Source of the DNA: Patescibacteria group bacterium
GTDB lineage: Bacteria; Patescibacteriota; Dojkabacteria; GCA-002793355
Length of the DNA stretch: 64,000 nucleotides
NCBI GenBank assembly: GCA_016860985.1
Contig: BOKM01000001.1
Span: 2,310-66,309, forward strand
Reading direction: 5' to 3'
Shown: positions 47,885 through 57,874 of the stretch, in pieces
Layout of the letters: each line of letters starts with the position of its first letter
Numbering within the stretch: position 1 is the stretch's first letter
The notes under the pieces: model-generated
Database searches by the model: none
What the model saw: the letters and a program-made list of their open reading frames with translations, nothing else
Told to the model about the DNA's origin: nothing
Position numbers and translations under genes: made by a program

Positions 47885-48607
47885 TCAGTTATTCTTCTCA
47901 CTTGCAATCTCATTTAATGCTTCTCTCGTAAAATCATTAATATTATTAAGAATACTTTTCCTGACCAGATAATCAGTTAGATCATTAGTATCAGATTGAA
48001 ATTGACTCAATTGATACTTCATCTCTGCAGTGATTACCATTTTTACATACTCAAAAGTCGAATCGTTATTGATTGGATTATGCTTTTCTTTATTAAAGTA
48101 GAAATCATTACCATCGTAAGACCAGCCAGACCTTGCTTTAATCGCGTTGACCAGAGAATTAATCAATTCTGAATTTTGATAACGTGAATAAGTGCGAGCA
48201 CTGCGTAACAACATTTGAATCGAGTACTTCACATCTTCAGTAATAACCCATTGTGTTAAAGTTTCTTGCTTTCTTAGATTTTCTATATTCTCATTCGACC
48301 ACTCGCAGTTTTGAAGAATTAAAGCAGTGACGTGAATAGGGTTTGATGTTCTCTTCACGGTCTCAAATATTCTTTTTGCATCAACATCAGTAAGTTGGTT
48401 AAAAGGCTCACGATATCTTAACCAATTAACTATATAATTTAATGCTTCCTCGTGTGATTTACCTGTCTGAGTAAGAGTCTTGTAAGACGCCATAGACTGG
48501 GTATAGACTGACCATTTTAACGAAAAAGTGATTCGAGGAATAAGGTATATGGCCGTGATGAGTACTAATAGGAATATAAACCACCCCCACATGCAGTATT
48601 CAAGCAA
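47885..48607 (-). CDS. hypothetical protein with an N-terminal TM anchor
   Basis: 240-aa ORF. N-terminal WGWFIFLLVLITAIYLIP. Confidence 0.4.
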   Translation of the reverse strand: MLEYCMWGWFIFLLVLITAIYLIPRITFSLKWSVYTQSMASYKTLTQTGKSHEEALNYIVNWLRYREPFNQLTDVDAKRIFETVKRTSNPIHVTALILQNCEWSNENIENLRKQETLTQWVITEDVKYSIQMLLRSARTYSRYQNSELINSLVNAIKARSGWSYDGNDFYFNKEKHNPINNDSTFEYVKMVITAEMKYQLSQFQSDTNDLTDYLVRKSILNNINDFTREALNEIASEKNN

Positions 48608-48700
48608 TTTAATTATAACTTTTATACTTAATTAGTAATCGCGTCAATACAACGACGTTTTGGTTTATCAATAATGCAGCTGGGGGTATATAATTGAATC

Positions 48701-49423
48701 GTGTCATTGCAGAAAACAACGATAATAGATACCAAGTACAACTTCCAAGCAGAGACTGAACCTCTCGACGCTGACAAATACAGCAAAACACTTCAAGAAT
48801 ACCATCGATTACTCTGGAGCAAACCACTTCCAAGGGGAAAGATGTTTGAGCTATCAAAGATTGGTCAAAACAGGCTTTATCATAAATCTGAGTTAGGTGA
48901 AGTTACTCTATCAAGTGACAGAGCAATTGCGACTTTTTCCCGATGGAAGAAAATGAGCCGTATAGTTAATATGATTCCCAGAGAGAAGATTACGGAATTC
49001 GTTAATACAACCGAGACAATCGGAGCTATTATGATTTGGCCGAGTAATAGAATCGGACAAATGACAACAATCAATGGAGAACGTGGATTTAACAGAAAAA
49101 TTAGTGACCGTTTAGACTTAACTATTGAATGCATTAGGCGCTACTATTTGGGGATTCCAAGTCCGCTTTATGTAGTATTTAAAAGATACGCTAGCTTCTT
49201 TTCTTTGTTTGGTGACTTTCGCGGATACATTGATTTCTTTCTACTCCAAGATGCAGTTTCTACTGATTATTTGAATGTAAATACTTCGCAACCATTCGAT
49301 AATTTCGAATCACAACCACTACCAAAGAATGTTGATGAGTATATTGAATATATGGAGAATACAATTGAGTTTGTTAAAGCAAGAAATCGAAGGATTGAGC
49401 AATATTCGATAAATTTGCAATAA
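48701..49423 (+). CDS. hypothetical protein (first gene of a two-gene unknown operon)
   Basis: 240-aa ORF. The next gene starts 10 nt after its stop. Confidence 0.4.
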   Translation: MSLQKTTIIDTKYNFQAETEPLDADKYSKTLQEYHRLLWSKPLPRGKMFELSKIGQNRLYHKSELGEVTLSSDRAIATFSRWKKMSRIVNMIPREKITEFVNTTETIGAIMIWPSNRIGQMTTINGERGFNRKISDRLDLTIECIRRYYLGIPSPLYVVFKRYASFFSLFGDFRGYIDFFLLQDAVSTDYLNVNTSQPFDNFESQPLPKNVDEYIEYMENTIEFVKARNRRIEQYSINLQ

Positions 49424-49432
49424 TATATCTAC

Positions 49433-50194
49433 ATGAATTACTGGAACAAGCTATACGACGAAATCTTAGGTTACTATTTCTGGGAACCCCAGCATCTAGG
49501 AAGGCAGAAAGGTGACAAGAACATCTTTAAAATATCAGATTACAAGAAACTTATTGAGCACTCAAAAAAACTAGAAGTTTCTCTGAATCATCAACTTTCG
49601 CTTTTCTTTAGCCTTGCTCCGAATGAGTTTATTGAAAAATTTTTTAACCAATCGTTTTCCAGACAATTCAATGATTCATTTGTATTTGATATTGCCGAGA
49701 TAAATGATTTTGTTGTCGGATTAAAGGATTTTTCACAACCTGACTTCTGGTTTGTTGGAGAAAAGCATATCATTGCGGTCGAAATGAAACTGGAGGCTCA
49801 ATCATCGGTACTTCAGTTTTTAAAATATTTAACTCTAAACATTCTTTATCAAGAAAGCAAGAAGACCAACAAAGAGTTTCACTTGCTTTACTTAACAAGA
49901 AACGGTATTGACCAATTGTGGGACAAAAGAGATGTCAATTTTGAGAACCTATATGACAAGGTACATGATATCGATCTAAACGCATTCAAGGGGAAAGGTT
50001 CTATAAAGCTTGAGTCATACAGACAACAAGTACTATCTTTAGTGCAAAATACGGAACAACTTGTTGCACATACCAATTACAAATCGTTTGGCGATTTACT
50101 GAAGCAGGAATTAGATACTACTGAAAATGAGATATTTAAGAAACTTCTATTAGGGACTATTGATGAGTTAAAAGACCGGAACTTGATCAATTAG
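49433..50194 (+). CDS. hypothetical protein, possible PD-(D/E)XK fold
   Basis: DFWFVGEKHIIAVEMKLEA resembles a D...E-x-K nuclease core. Weak. Confidence 0.35.
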   Translation: MNYWNKLYDEILGYYFWEPQHLGRQKGDKNIFKISDYKKLIEHSKKLEVSLNHQLSLFFSLAPNEFIEKFFNQSFSRQFNDSFVFDIAEINDFVVGLKDFSQPDFWFVGEKHIIAVEMKLEAQSSVLQFLKYLTLNILYQESKKTNKEFHLLYLTRNGIDQLWDKRDVNFENLYDKVHDIDLNAFKGKGSIKLESYRQQVLSLVQNTEQLVAHTNYKSFGDLLKQELDTTENEIFKKLLLGTIDELKDRNLIN

Positions 50195-50292
50195 TTGTGA
50201 TAGCTCCAAATTTATTCTAAAAAACATTTAGTGAACAGACATTAGATTTAGGTGTTTTAATAAAACCAAGAATGTTGAATTTATACAACAAT

Positions 50293-51114
50293 TTACTTAT
50301 GTAAATTCCAAATAAGTATTGATGTATGGAGAACAAATATTGCCTCATCTTTTGTAGGTTGCCTTCCTTTGCCTTCAGTATGTTGACCACGAATATTGCT
50401 TACTTCTTTTAGTAAATTCGTTAGTAAATTCTTAGGTGTTACAATTGTATCTCCCTTATATGCGAGCACCACTGGATTTTCTTCAAAGGAATGAATAAAT
50501 TTCTTGAGTTGTGGTTTAGGATCATTCGGGAAATAGATTTTCCCTAAAAAGCTTTCGAGGAAGTCGCATACTCTTGTTACAGTTTTCTCATAATCAGGGG
50601 ATCGTGAATAGCAATATTTCCATGCATCACTTAACAAAGAACTACTTTCTAAGGCAGTTTTTGAAACTTCATTGACTATCTTATCCACCCTTTCAATTAA
50701 AATGTATGCACCTTTGTCATACTCAGAAGCGTCTTTCTCTGATTTAAATACATCATATGCTGATCCAGACACTTCAAGTATTTTCGATAAGTTTTGGGCA
50801 TCACGTTCATCAGCGAAATTCTGAAGGAGTAAGGTAAGAACGTTGGCAGTTCTGTCGGAATCTTCAAGAGCAAAACTTATAAAATCATGAAGCTTATTTG
50901 GTACTTTTTCCCTTAGGATGAGCTGGAAATTATTATGAACAGACGAAACAATATATCGATAATTGTAGTAACTATCAATTTCCACAACACCGTTTGTTGT
51001 ATTCAACACATCTGCAATCCAATCCGACAAAGGATTATGCATGAATACCGGAAAATCTCTAACTAATACACTATTGTCAAAGTCGTATTTTTTCCCAAAA
51101 GGTTTGAATTTCAT
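50293..51114 (-). CDS. hypothetical protein (third gene of a three-gene unknown operon)
   Basis: 273-aa ORF, 9 nt downstream of the zinc-ribbon gene. Confidence 0.4.
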   Translation of the reverse strand: MKFKPFGKKYDFDNSVLVRDFPVFMHNPLSDWIADVLNTTNGVVEIDSYYNYRYIVSSVHNNFQLILREKVPNKLHDFISFALEDSDRTANVLTLLLQNFADERDAQNLSKILEVSGSAYDVFKSEKDASEYDKGAYILIERVDKIVNEVSKTALESSSLLSDAWKYCYSRSPDYEKTVTRVCDFLESFLGKIYFPNDPKPQLKKFIHSFEENPVVLAYKGDTIVTPKNLLTNLLKEVSNIRGQHTEGKGRQPTKDEAIFVLHTSILIWNLHK

Positions 51115-51123
51115 ATCAAATAA

Positions 51124-51603
51124 TTAAGGAAAAAGTATTTTCTTGGCAGTTTCAGACAATACGTCGACCACTAAAGAGCGGATTGCACTGATTCCTGATT
51201 CGCCTATTTTTTTGAAATTCTGCTTAAGCTTTACTGCCGCGACATCTCCTGCTGGTGATGCATTAACAAGTGCGGGGACTGATGACTTTATTTCTGCTTT
51301 TTCGGTATCATTCAGCCCTTCTGACATGCTAATAATTTCCTCGACACCTTTAATTATATTAGATGTCCAAGGATACGCGCCACCACATTCATAACAGTAA
51401 AGTGGTAATGACATTGTCCCATTCGAGATTACGGAAGGAATAACATATGCTCCTCTAATATTTGCACTACACAAATTGCATTTTGTAATTGTTTGAGCAC
51501 CACACTTGGAACAATATTTTTTATTACGTTCAGGTGAACCACTAGCATTGGAATTAATAATATGTCCGTTCTGGCAAATCTGCGCTGTGTTGTAATACCC
51601 CAT
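51124..51603 (-). CDS. zinc-ribbon protein (DUF2321-like)
   Basis: CQNGH...C-x2-C...C-x2-C...CYECG cysteine pairs within the first 85 aa. The N-terminal YNTAQICQNGHIIN resembles DUF2321 as recalled. Confidence 0.4.
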   Translation of the reverse strand: MGYYNTAQICQNGHIINSNASGSPERNKKYCSKCGAQTITKCNLCSANIRGAYVIPSVISNGTMSLPLYCYECGGAYPWTSNIIKGVEEIISMSEGLNDTEKAEIKSSVPALVNASPAGDVAAVKLKQNFKKIGESGISAIRSLVVDVLSETAKKILFP

Positions 51604-51635
51604 TCTAAATATGAATTATAACTGAACCCTTGGTA

Positions 51636-53261
51636 TTATAACCTAATTTCCCATCCTTGTTCATCTCTGTAAGTGACTGGAATACTGAACTCTTTCTCAG
51701 GATACCTTTCTAAAAACCACTCATTGTCCTTCTTCAGAAATACCGTTAAGTAGGGCTTTCCATCTCTATCCTTCAACTCGATACCCTTTAATTCACCCAA
51801 TCTGATTAACTTCCTCATTGTGGAAGCAACAATTCCGTACCTATACCGAATATCATCACTGCTGAACCAGCGCTTCTTATACTTACAAAGCTTGGCTGAA
51901 ATAACGCCATTTTTGATATTCATCTGGCAAACATCACATCGCATACCGTATTTGTCATACCAAGTATCTCTTCCTCGGTGCCATTGGTCACAGATACTGC
52001 ACTTAAAGCTATTATCATCCTCTGATTCTAAAAAGTACCTCTCAGAAAATTCATTAAGCTTCCGCTTTCTCAAGAGCTCTTTACCGTGGAATTGCGCTAA
52101 GGTTATAGAAAGTCGCACAAGGTTTGAATAACCATACTTATCCTGCCTTATTGGATCGAGTTCCTTAATTTTTCGTTTCTTCTTACCCTCGAACAACTTC
52201 GTAATGTCTTCTTCTCGTTCGTAACCCTTAAATCTGCCAGATAAATAACCGAGACGGAACGAGATGCTATCTTCTTTCATCAATCGCCAATTTGTATTCT
52301 CCAAGAGGTCGTTTACTGTCGCTGTGAAGCATTGAATACTTCTCTCAGCTGTTCTATCGCTTCCCGTATCTTGAATAGAGAAGGGGACAATTACAAATTT
52401 TTCTATCACTACTCTACCAAAATTCAGTTTCCTATAGCCTTCTAGTAACAACTTCGAATTAAGTAACCGTTCCAATGCACTAATGTTTAGCTTCTTTACT
52501 TGAAAGGATTTCTCCCGTGCGGGATCACTGTACTTACTAAGCTCATAAGTATAGACCTCGTTGGCAAATTTCATCTGCTCGAGAACATCCACCGCTACTT
52601 TTCCTTCTTCTTCATTCAAGCAAAACTGCTCTCGAAATTGCTGAAGAAGTTCACCATCCTTTTTCCTCTCTGCTTCAAGTTCGCGTGTGAACTGTTTATG
52701 GTCATGAACACCCTTTTCTCGGTGCCCACACTTCGTGCACCTGTAGAAATAAGTAGTAACGTCGTCTGAAAATGTACACTCGCTTTTCACAATTGCTTTA
52801 CACTTCGAGCACCGTTCTAGCGTTGGGACAATTTCATCTCCATTTTCGTAAACATGCTTTACGATACGGCAGTCCTCGCAAATCAGAGTGAACGTTATTC
52901 TTGACTTCAAATAGTCGATTCCATCAAAATCACGGGACAATTCTTTGAATTTTCTGCCGCACTGCTCACATCTAATGTTCGGTGAAATTGCAGAATCATA
53001 CCGTTTCTGTATTTTCTTATCGTCTTCCACCCATTTTTTGATGGTTTCCTCCTTCTTTTGGTATTCGTGAGTCTTGAGAAAATACAGTTGTTGATGAATA
53101 ATCTTATCAATCTCATGTTTGTTCTTACCGTTCGGGTATTTCTTCTGCAACTTCTTGTCAGCGTACATCTTATCTCTGACATCGAGAGCCATCAGGCATA
53201 GTTTGATAGTGCTAACGTCGTAACGATCCAGATAAAACTGACGTTTGTGGAGATACTGCAT
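51636..53261 (-). CDS. 541-aa multi-zinc-ribbon protein of unknown function
   Basis: At least six CxxC pairs (CEQCGRKF, CEDCRIV, CSKCKAIV, CTKCGHRE, CSICDQW, CDVCQMN) and a basic, Lys/Arg-rich composition. Confidence 0.4.
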   Translation of the reverse strand: MQYLHKRQFYLDRYDVSTIKLCLMALDVRDKMYADKKLQKKYPNGKNKHEIDKIIHQQLYFLKTHEYQKKEETIKKWVEDDKKIQKRYDSAISPNIRCEQCGRKFKELSRDFDGIDYLKSRITFTLICEDCRIVKHVYENGDEIVPTLERCSKCKAIVKSECTFSDDVTTYFYRCTKCGHREKGVHDHKQFTRELEAERKKDGELLQQFREQFCLNEEEGKVAVDVLEQMKFANEVYTYELSKYSDPAREKSFQVKKLNISALERLLNSKLLLEGYRKLNFGRVVIEKFVIVPFSIQDTGSDRTAERSIQCFTATVNDLLENTNWRLMKEDSISFRLGYLSGRFKGYEREEDITKLFEGKKKRKIKELDPIRQDKYGYSNLVRLSITLAQFHGKELLRKRKLNEFSERYFLESEDDNSFKCSICDQWHRGRDTWYDKYGMRCDVCQMNIKNGVISAKLCKYKKRWFSSDDIRYRYGIVASTMRKLIRLGELKGIELKDRDGKPYLTVFLKKDNEWFLERYPEKEFSIPVTYRDEQGWEIRL

Positions 53262-53280
53262 TCGCAGAAAATAAAATTTA

Positions 53281-53967
53281 TTGGGGAGTTATTTGAGTGT
53301 ACAATATCCAATGCCAGATATTAATATTCAGCTTGAGAATTTGGAAAAGCTTAAACGACTACTTCTTGACAAGTATCTTGAAGCAGACAATAAGTGGAGA
53401 GATTTTTTAGATTTAATCGGTGGTGACGTCCTTTCTGATAAAAAGCTATTAATTCATAAACAACTAATCGAAGAACTCTCTGGAAGAAAATATATCTACG
53501 ACACGTTTAATAGAAATTCTTTTGCTATTGAAAACTTGGTGCATGCATTGAAGGATCTTTATGAAAATGATGAGAACTTAATAAATCAAAGCGGACAAGA
53601 GAGAGCGATTTCCTCAGCTCTCGCGCATCGTATGGGAATGTATTTTGAGAATACATACGATATCGATTGCGAATACAATAAGCATTTGAACGAACAAAAA
53701 TTAATTACTCAAGATGCGAAACGATCTGAACGTCCAGATATAATTGTTCACATGAGAGGAACAGATGCAAAAAACTTACTCGCCCTCGAAATAAAACAAA
53801 ATGAAATAAGTAAAGCTGATAAAGATAAACTTTCTGCGTTATCACTCGCTAACGGCCAGTATATATACAAATTCGCGATTGGCATTGAGATTAATGATAT
53901 TTTTGCACATATTTATATATATATTGATGGTGAATGCATAAATATTAGCAAGATTATTACTAGGTAG
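53281..53967 (+). CDS. hypothetical PD-(D/E)XK-like nuclease-fold protein
   Basis: DIDCEYN...RPDIIVH...LLALEIK follows the D/E...PD...(D/E)xK order. Confidence 0.4.
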   Translation: MGSYLSVQYPMPDINIQLENLEKLKRLLLDKYLEADNKWRDFLDLIGGDVLSDKKLLIHKQLIEELSGRKYIYDTFNRNSFAIENLVHALKDLYENDENLINQSGQERAISSALAHRMGMYFENTYDIDCEYNKHLNEQKLITQDAKRSERPDIIVHMRGTDAKNLLALEIKQNEISKADKDKLSALSLANGQYIYKFAIGIEINDIFAHIYIYIDGECINISKIITR

Positions 53968-55960
53968 TTTTGGATTCTCCGTTGAATACCGCGTTCAAAA
54001 ATGACTCAATTTCATCAGTCTGGAAGATTGCTGAAATATTTCTCGTCTTATTCTTGTTAACTATCTCACTAATTTCATATATTGAGTCATTGCTCAATTT
54101 TCTACTTTTTGGAGAAACCAATTTACTGTCGAGAGAAAGATCTTCGACTTCTCCATCAAGGATGCATATTCCATGCTTTCTAAGTGTTTCAAAGAATGCG
54201 ACTGCATTTTCTTTTACTTTAGGTAACTCGTCTATATTTGAAGCAAGATAGAACTCTCTTTCGTAACTGACCTTAAGCTGTGATCTTGTTCTTTGTATTT
54301 TTTTGAATATTTCTTCACCTTCAAGACCAAAAGTACATGATTGAGTAAAGAACTTGAGTCCAAGACTTTGTACCGACTCACTAGGTTTTGAACTATATTC
54401 AGCACATTTCTCGGTATCTTTATCTCTTAAATAATAATCAAAATCAGCTACCAAATAACATTCTAGGCCAAGCATTCTAACTAACTCAGCGTACTTGTGG
54501 ATATTATTCTTACCACCACAATTTAGAATTGTTGTATTATTCGCATTTAGTTGCATTGGGAACTTTTCGTCAGCAATCCATTTAATAATATGGCTATCCA
54601 GTCCCTCACAGAGAATAACTTTATCTGCGAAAAATATCTCATTATGATTATCGTCAAGAAGTAGAGACTGAAATTCCCTAATTTCAATAGGTGTTATAAC
54701 GGTTTTTTTGTTGATTCTTTTGACAAGAATAATATTCAATTCAGTTCCTGTAGTTTTTATGAACTCCGGACTATGTGTAGTCATAATTACCTGATTCTTT
54801 CCATTCTCAAGAAACTCATCGAACCTGTCGCTAATAACCCTTCGAGCATGTGGATGTAAATATAATTCTGGTTCTTCTACACATAACAAGGCACTTGCTT
54901 TTGAATTATATTGTCTTACATAATAACTAAACAGGCCAATTATAGTTGCACTTTGTATTCCAGCCCCCTTATCTGACAAGGGTGATTTAACACCGTCATC
55001 AATATAAATTTTAGAATCCTTATAGGTTTCTGTACTCTTATCTTCATTTAATTGAAACGATATGTCTGCACCAGGGAATGCAACATTTATAGTACTAGTC
55101 TGAATTTTTTCTCTTGCTACAGTAAATATTTTATCTGTTACTGACTTGACCTGACTATATGCAGTCTCTAACTCCTCGAAGTATGGGTGATCTTGAGTAA
55201 TATGTTTAAGTAGCTTGCCATACCAAGTATAACTTGTCGCACGCAATTGGATAACTGGATCCCTGAAACTACTAATTACAGCGCTCTGCAATAATTCTCC
55301 TCTTATAGGTGAGTTGAGAGCCAATATCCAACCTTTTTCAGGGCTTTCTCTATAAAGAAACCGCATATATTTTTCAACTCTGTGATTAATAACCTTTGCC
55401 CGAAAAACATACATAAACTCAAACTTGTTGTTCAGTTCATCTTCAAATTTGACAACATTACTGAGTTTCCCATCTACCCATCTCTTTCCTACGATATATC
55501 CACCTGCGGTTGGGTCGTCGACATCCTTGTCAAGAGTAAAAATCGAATCGAATTCGTCTGTAGTATAAGTATCAAAATGAAATCTTTTTTCAATATCCGC
55601 TTTTGGCCCTAGTTTAAAATCTGGTTTTGCAGAAAGAACTTTGTAAAATCCAGTAGTTTCGTTTATTGCAGCAAAATTAAGTTCTTCCTCGTTTTCTCTT
55701 TTTAGTATACAGGCTATTGTAAGTTCCGTTGCTGACTCTACAATGGCTTCATTCCTAAACGAGTGGAAATCTAACTCAGTTACATTGTCTGACTTGGCAT
55801 ATGTTGGGGACGATTCACCTAATAAAATATCAATCGCTTTTAGAATATTGCTTTTACCAGCATTGTTTCTTCCTACAATGACATTCTTGCCTTTACCAAA
55901 TGTTAGGTCTGCTTCATTGATAGATCTGAAGTTTTTAATAACTAGCCTTGATAAATACAT
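53960..55960 (-). CDS. OLD-family ATP-dependent endonuclease-like protein (ABC/AAA-type ATPase N-domain + Toprim-like C-domain)
   Basis: N-terminal LSRLVIKNFRSI...VIVGRNNAGKSNILKAI (Walker A). C-terminal region with DKVILCEGLDS (Toprim Glu) and LVADFDYYLRDKD (DxD). Confidence 0.6.
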   Translation of the reverse strand: MYLSRLVIKNFRSINEADLTFGKGKNVIVGRNNAGKSNILKAIDILLGESSPTYAKSDNVTELDFHSFRNEAIVESATELTIACILKRENEEELNFAAINETTGFYKVLSAKPDFKLGPKADIEKRFHFDTYTTDEFDSIFTLDKDVDDPTAGGYIVGKRWVDGKLSNVVKFEDELNNKFEFMYVFRAKVINHRVEKYMRFLYRESPEKGWILALNSPIRGELLQSAVISSFRDPVIQLRATSYTWYGKLLKHITQDHPYFEELETAYSQVKSVTDKIFTVAREKIQTSTINVAFPGADISFQLNEDKSTETYKDSKIYIDDGVKSPLSDKGAGIQSATIIGLFSYYVRQYNSKASALLCVEEPELYLHPHARRVISDRFDEFLENGKNQVIMTTHSPEFIKTTGTELNIILVKRINKKTVITPIEIREFQSLLLDDNHNEIFFADKVILCEGLDSHIIKWIADEKFPMQLNANNTTILNCGGKNNIHKYAELVRMLGLECYLVADFDYYLRDKDTEKCAEYSSKPSESVQSLGLKFFTQSCTFGLEGEEIFKKIQRTRSQLKVSYEREFYLASNIDELPKVKENAVAFFETLRKHGICILDGEVEDLSLDSKLVSPKSRKLSNDSIYEISEIVNKNKTRNISAIFQTDEIESFLNAVFNGESKTT

Positions 55961-56023
55961 GTTGTATTATATTCTTTTGTCTTTTTCTGTGCCAATCTTG
56001 GCGTAACTTTAGATATGTACAGG

Positions 56024-56041
56024 AGTTCTTGCGAAAGAACT
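56024..56041 (+). promoter_or_regulatory. perfect inverted repeat AGTTCTT-GCGA-AAGAACT (candidate operator) immediately upstream of the promoter of the second ParB-methyltransferase gene
   Basis: 7-bp arms with a 4-nt spacer. Located 15 nt upstream of the -35 hexamer. Confidence 0.4.
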
Positions 56042-56055
56042 TTCTTCCCATCATA

Positions 56056-56084
56056 TTGACACTTTCGATGTGTAGTGTTATTAT
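56056..56084 (+). promoter_or_regulatory. near-consensus sigma70 promoter (TTGACA - 17 nt - TATTAT)
   Basis: TTGACA at 56056-56061 and TATTAT at 56079-56084, 48 nt upstream of the ATG at 56133. Confidence 0.45.
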
Positions 56085-56132
56085 AAATCACCTAAACGAC
56101 GAGTAGGTAAATATAATTTATTCTATTCGTTT

Positions 56133-57479
56133 ATGGGAAACTCAATCCCCACATCTAACAAACTGGAAACGGTCTACGTTTCAATAGATCAGCTGAATCC
56201 AGCTGGCTACAATCCACGCAAGTGGGATAAAAAGGCTCTTGATGATCTCAGGAAGAGCATTAAGAAGTTTGGTCTAGTCGACCCTGCTATCGTAAATGGA
56301 GCCTCTAACAGAATGAACGTTGTTATTGGTGGTCATATGCGAATTGCAGCAGCCAAAGAGCTCGGTATTACTGAAATACCAGTAATTTACCTCAATATTC
56401 CCGATGTTGAAAAAGAAAAGGAACTGAATATTCGACTGAATAAGAATCATGGAGAATTCGACTTTAAGCTTCTTGCAAACTTTGCTGAGGAATTTCTAAC
56501 AGATATAGGCTTTAATTCTGAAGAACTAGACTCGATCTTTGACTGGGATGACGACACTCCCGAGGAATTTGATCTCAAGAAAGAATTAGAGAAACTTGAT
56601 ATACAAAACATCGAAACAAAGAAGGGAGACGTTTGGCAGTTAGGAGAGAATCGACTCATGTGTGGCGACTCTACCATTCAAGCTAACATGCTTGAACTTC
56701 TCTCTGGAGATAAGGCAGATATGGTAATGACTGACCCGCCTTACCGCTTGGACTACCTCCATGGTAAGAAAAAGAACGGTAAACCAACAGAAGGGTTCGG
56801 ATACAAACGAGATAGAAAATATCTTGAGACCGATACTCTACCTGATGATTTTACGGAACTCTGGATGAAAAACATCAAAGTGATTTCAAAAGCAGACTTC
56901 CATATTATTGTCTATGAAGCGTGGAAAAATTTGCGTGAAATTTGGGGCGAGCTCGAGAAGCACTGGAAGGTAAAGAATATGATTGTATGGCATCTGCCGA
57001 ACAGGAATCAAAGTTTTGCTGCGAAGTATAAATTTTTCAGCAAATATGACATTGCTATGGTCGGTTCTTCACACAGTGAAGAAAATCTAAACACTGAATC
57101 CGAGGAGCAATTACTCCAGGAAGAATACGAAACTGCACTGTACGCTATTTCAGGAAAACCGCATTGGGAAGGCTACCAAAAAGGTAAAAAGATACAGCCA
57201 ACAGACTTCATTGAGTTCAACGCTTCAGACGAGAAGCATTCAGGACAAGGAATAATCTTTGGTACAAAACCAATCGAGATACTTATTCCCTACATCAAAG
57301 TACTCACGAAACGAGGAGATTTGGTCGTAGAACCGTTCGGAGGAAGTGGATCGACTCTTATTGCCTGTCAGAAAATGAGGCGGAAATGTTACATCATGGA
57401 AAAGTCTCCTGTGTATGCCGAGGTTATCAAGAAGCGATGGGAAAAATTGACTGGATTAATAGGAGTAAAGATAACATGA
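56133..57479 (+). CDS. ParB-like nuclease domain fused to an N6/N4 DNA methyltransferase (second copy)
   Basis: Same architecture as 33328-34656 (LVDPAIVNG...GGHMRIAAAK, MTDPPY, EPFGGSGST). Confidence 0.85.
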   Translation: MGNSIPTSNKLETVYVSIDQLNPAGYNPRKWDKKALDDLRKSIKKFGLVDPAIVNGASNRMNVVIGGHMRIAAAKELGITEIPVIYLNIPDVEKEKELNIRLNKNHGEFDFKLLANFAEEFLTDIGFNSEELDSIFDWDDDTPEEFDLKKELEKLDIQNIETKKGDVWQLGENRLMCGDSTIQANMLELLSGDKADMVMTDPPYRLDYLHGKKKNGKPTEGFGYKRDRKYLETDTLPDDFTELWMKNIKVISKADFHIIVYEAWKNLREIWGELEKHWKVKNMIVWHLPNRNQSFAAKYKFFSKYDIAMVGSSHSEENLNTESEEQLLQEEYETALYAISGKPHWEGYQKGKKIQPTDFIEFNASDEKHSGQGIIFGTKPIEILIPYIKVLTKRGDLVVEPFGGSGSTLIACQKMRRKCYIMEKSPVYAEVIKKRWEKLTGLIGVKIT

Positions 57480-57874
57480 AAAAGGCCAACAAACCCGAGC
57501 TGATCGAACAGCTCAAAAAAACTCCGATAATACAAGTTGCTTGTGAAAAGGTAGGTGTAGCGAGAGCCACTTTCTACCGATGGCGAAAAGAAGATACTGA
57601 CTTTGCCGAAAAAGTTGAAGAAGCTGTAAACGCTGGATCACAACTCATTAACGATATGGCAGAAAGTGTTCTAATCACAGCAATAAAGAATGGAAACATT
57701 ACCGCCATAATCTTTTGGCTAAAGAATCATCACAAGATGTATTCCCCAAAAATGGAAGTAACAACAAAGAATGGCGATATTCCTTTAACTGACGAGCAAA
57801 AGGAACTCATACGAAAGTCACTCGACTTAGCCTTTGCAGATCAGTTAACAGATATCAAGCATGGAGAACAGTGA
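57476..57874 (+). CDS. terminase small subunit-like HTH protein (second copy)
   Basis: ATGA overlap with the upstream gene. GVARATFYRWRKED and AIIFWLKNHH, paralogous to 34653-35036. Confidence 0.5.
   Translation: MKKANKPELIEQLKKTPIIQVACEKVGVARATFYRWRKEDTDFAEKVEEAVNAGSQLINDMAESVLITAIKNGNITAIIFWLKNHHKMYSPKMEVTTKNGDIPLTDEQKELIRKSLDLAFADQLTDIKHGEQ

Noticed and set aside
53960-55960. Calling the OLD-like gene Gabija GajA
   Set aside because: There is no adjacent GajB/UvrD-like helicase gene, so only the family-level call is supported.
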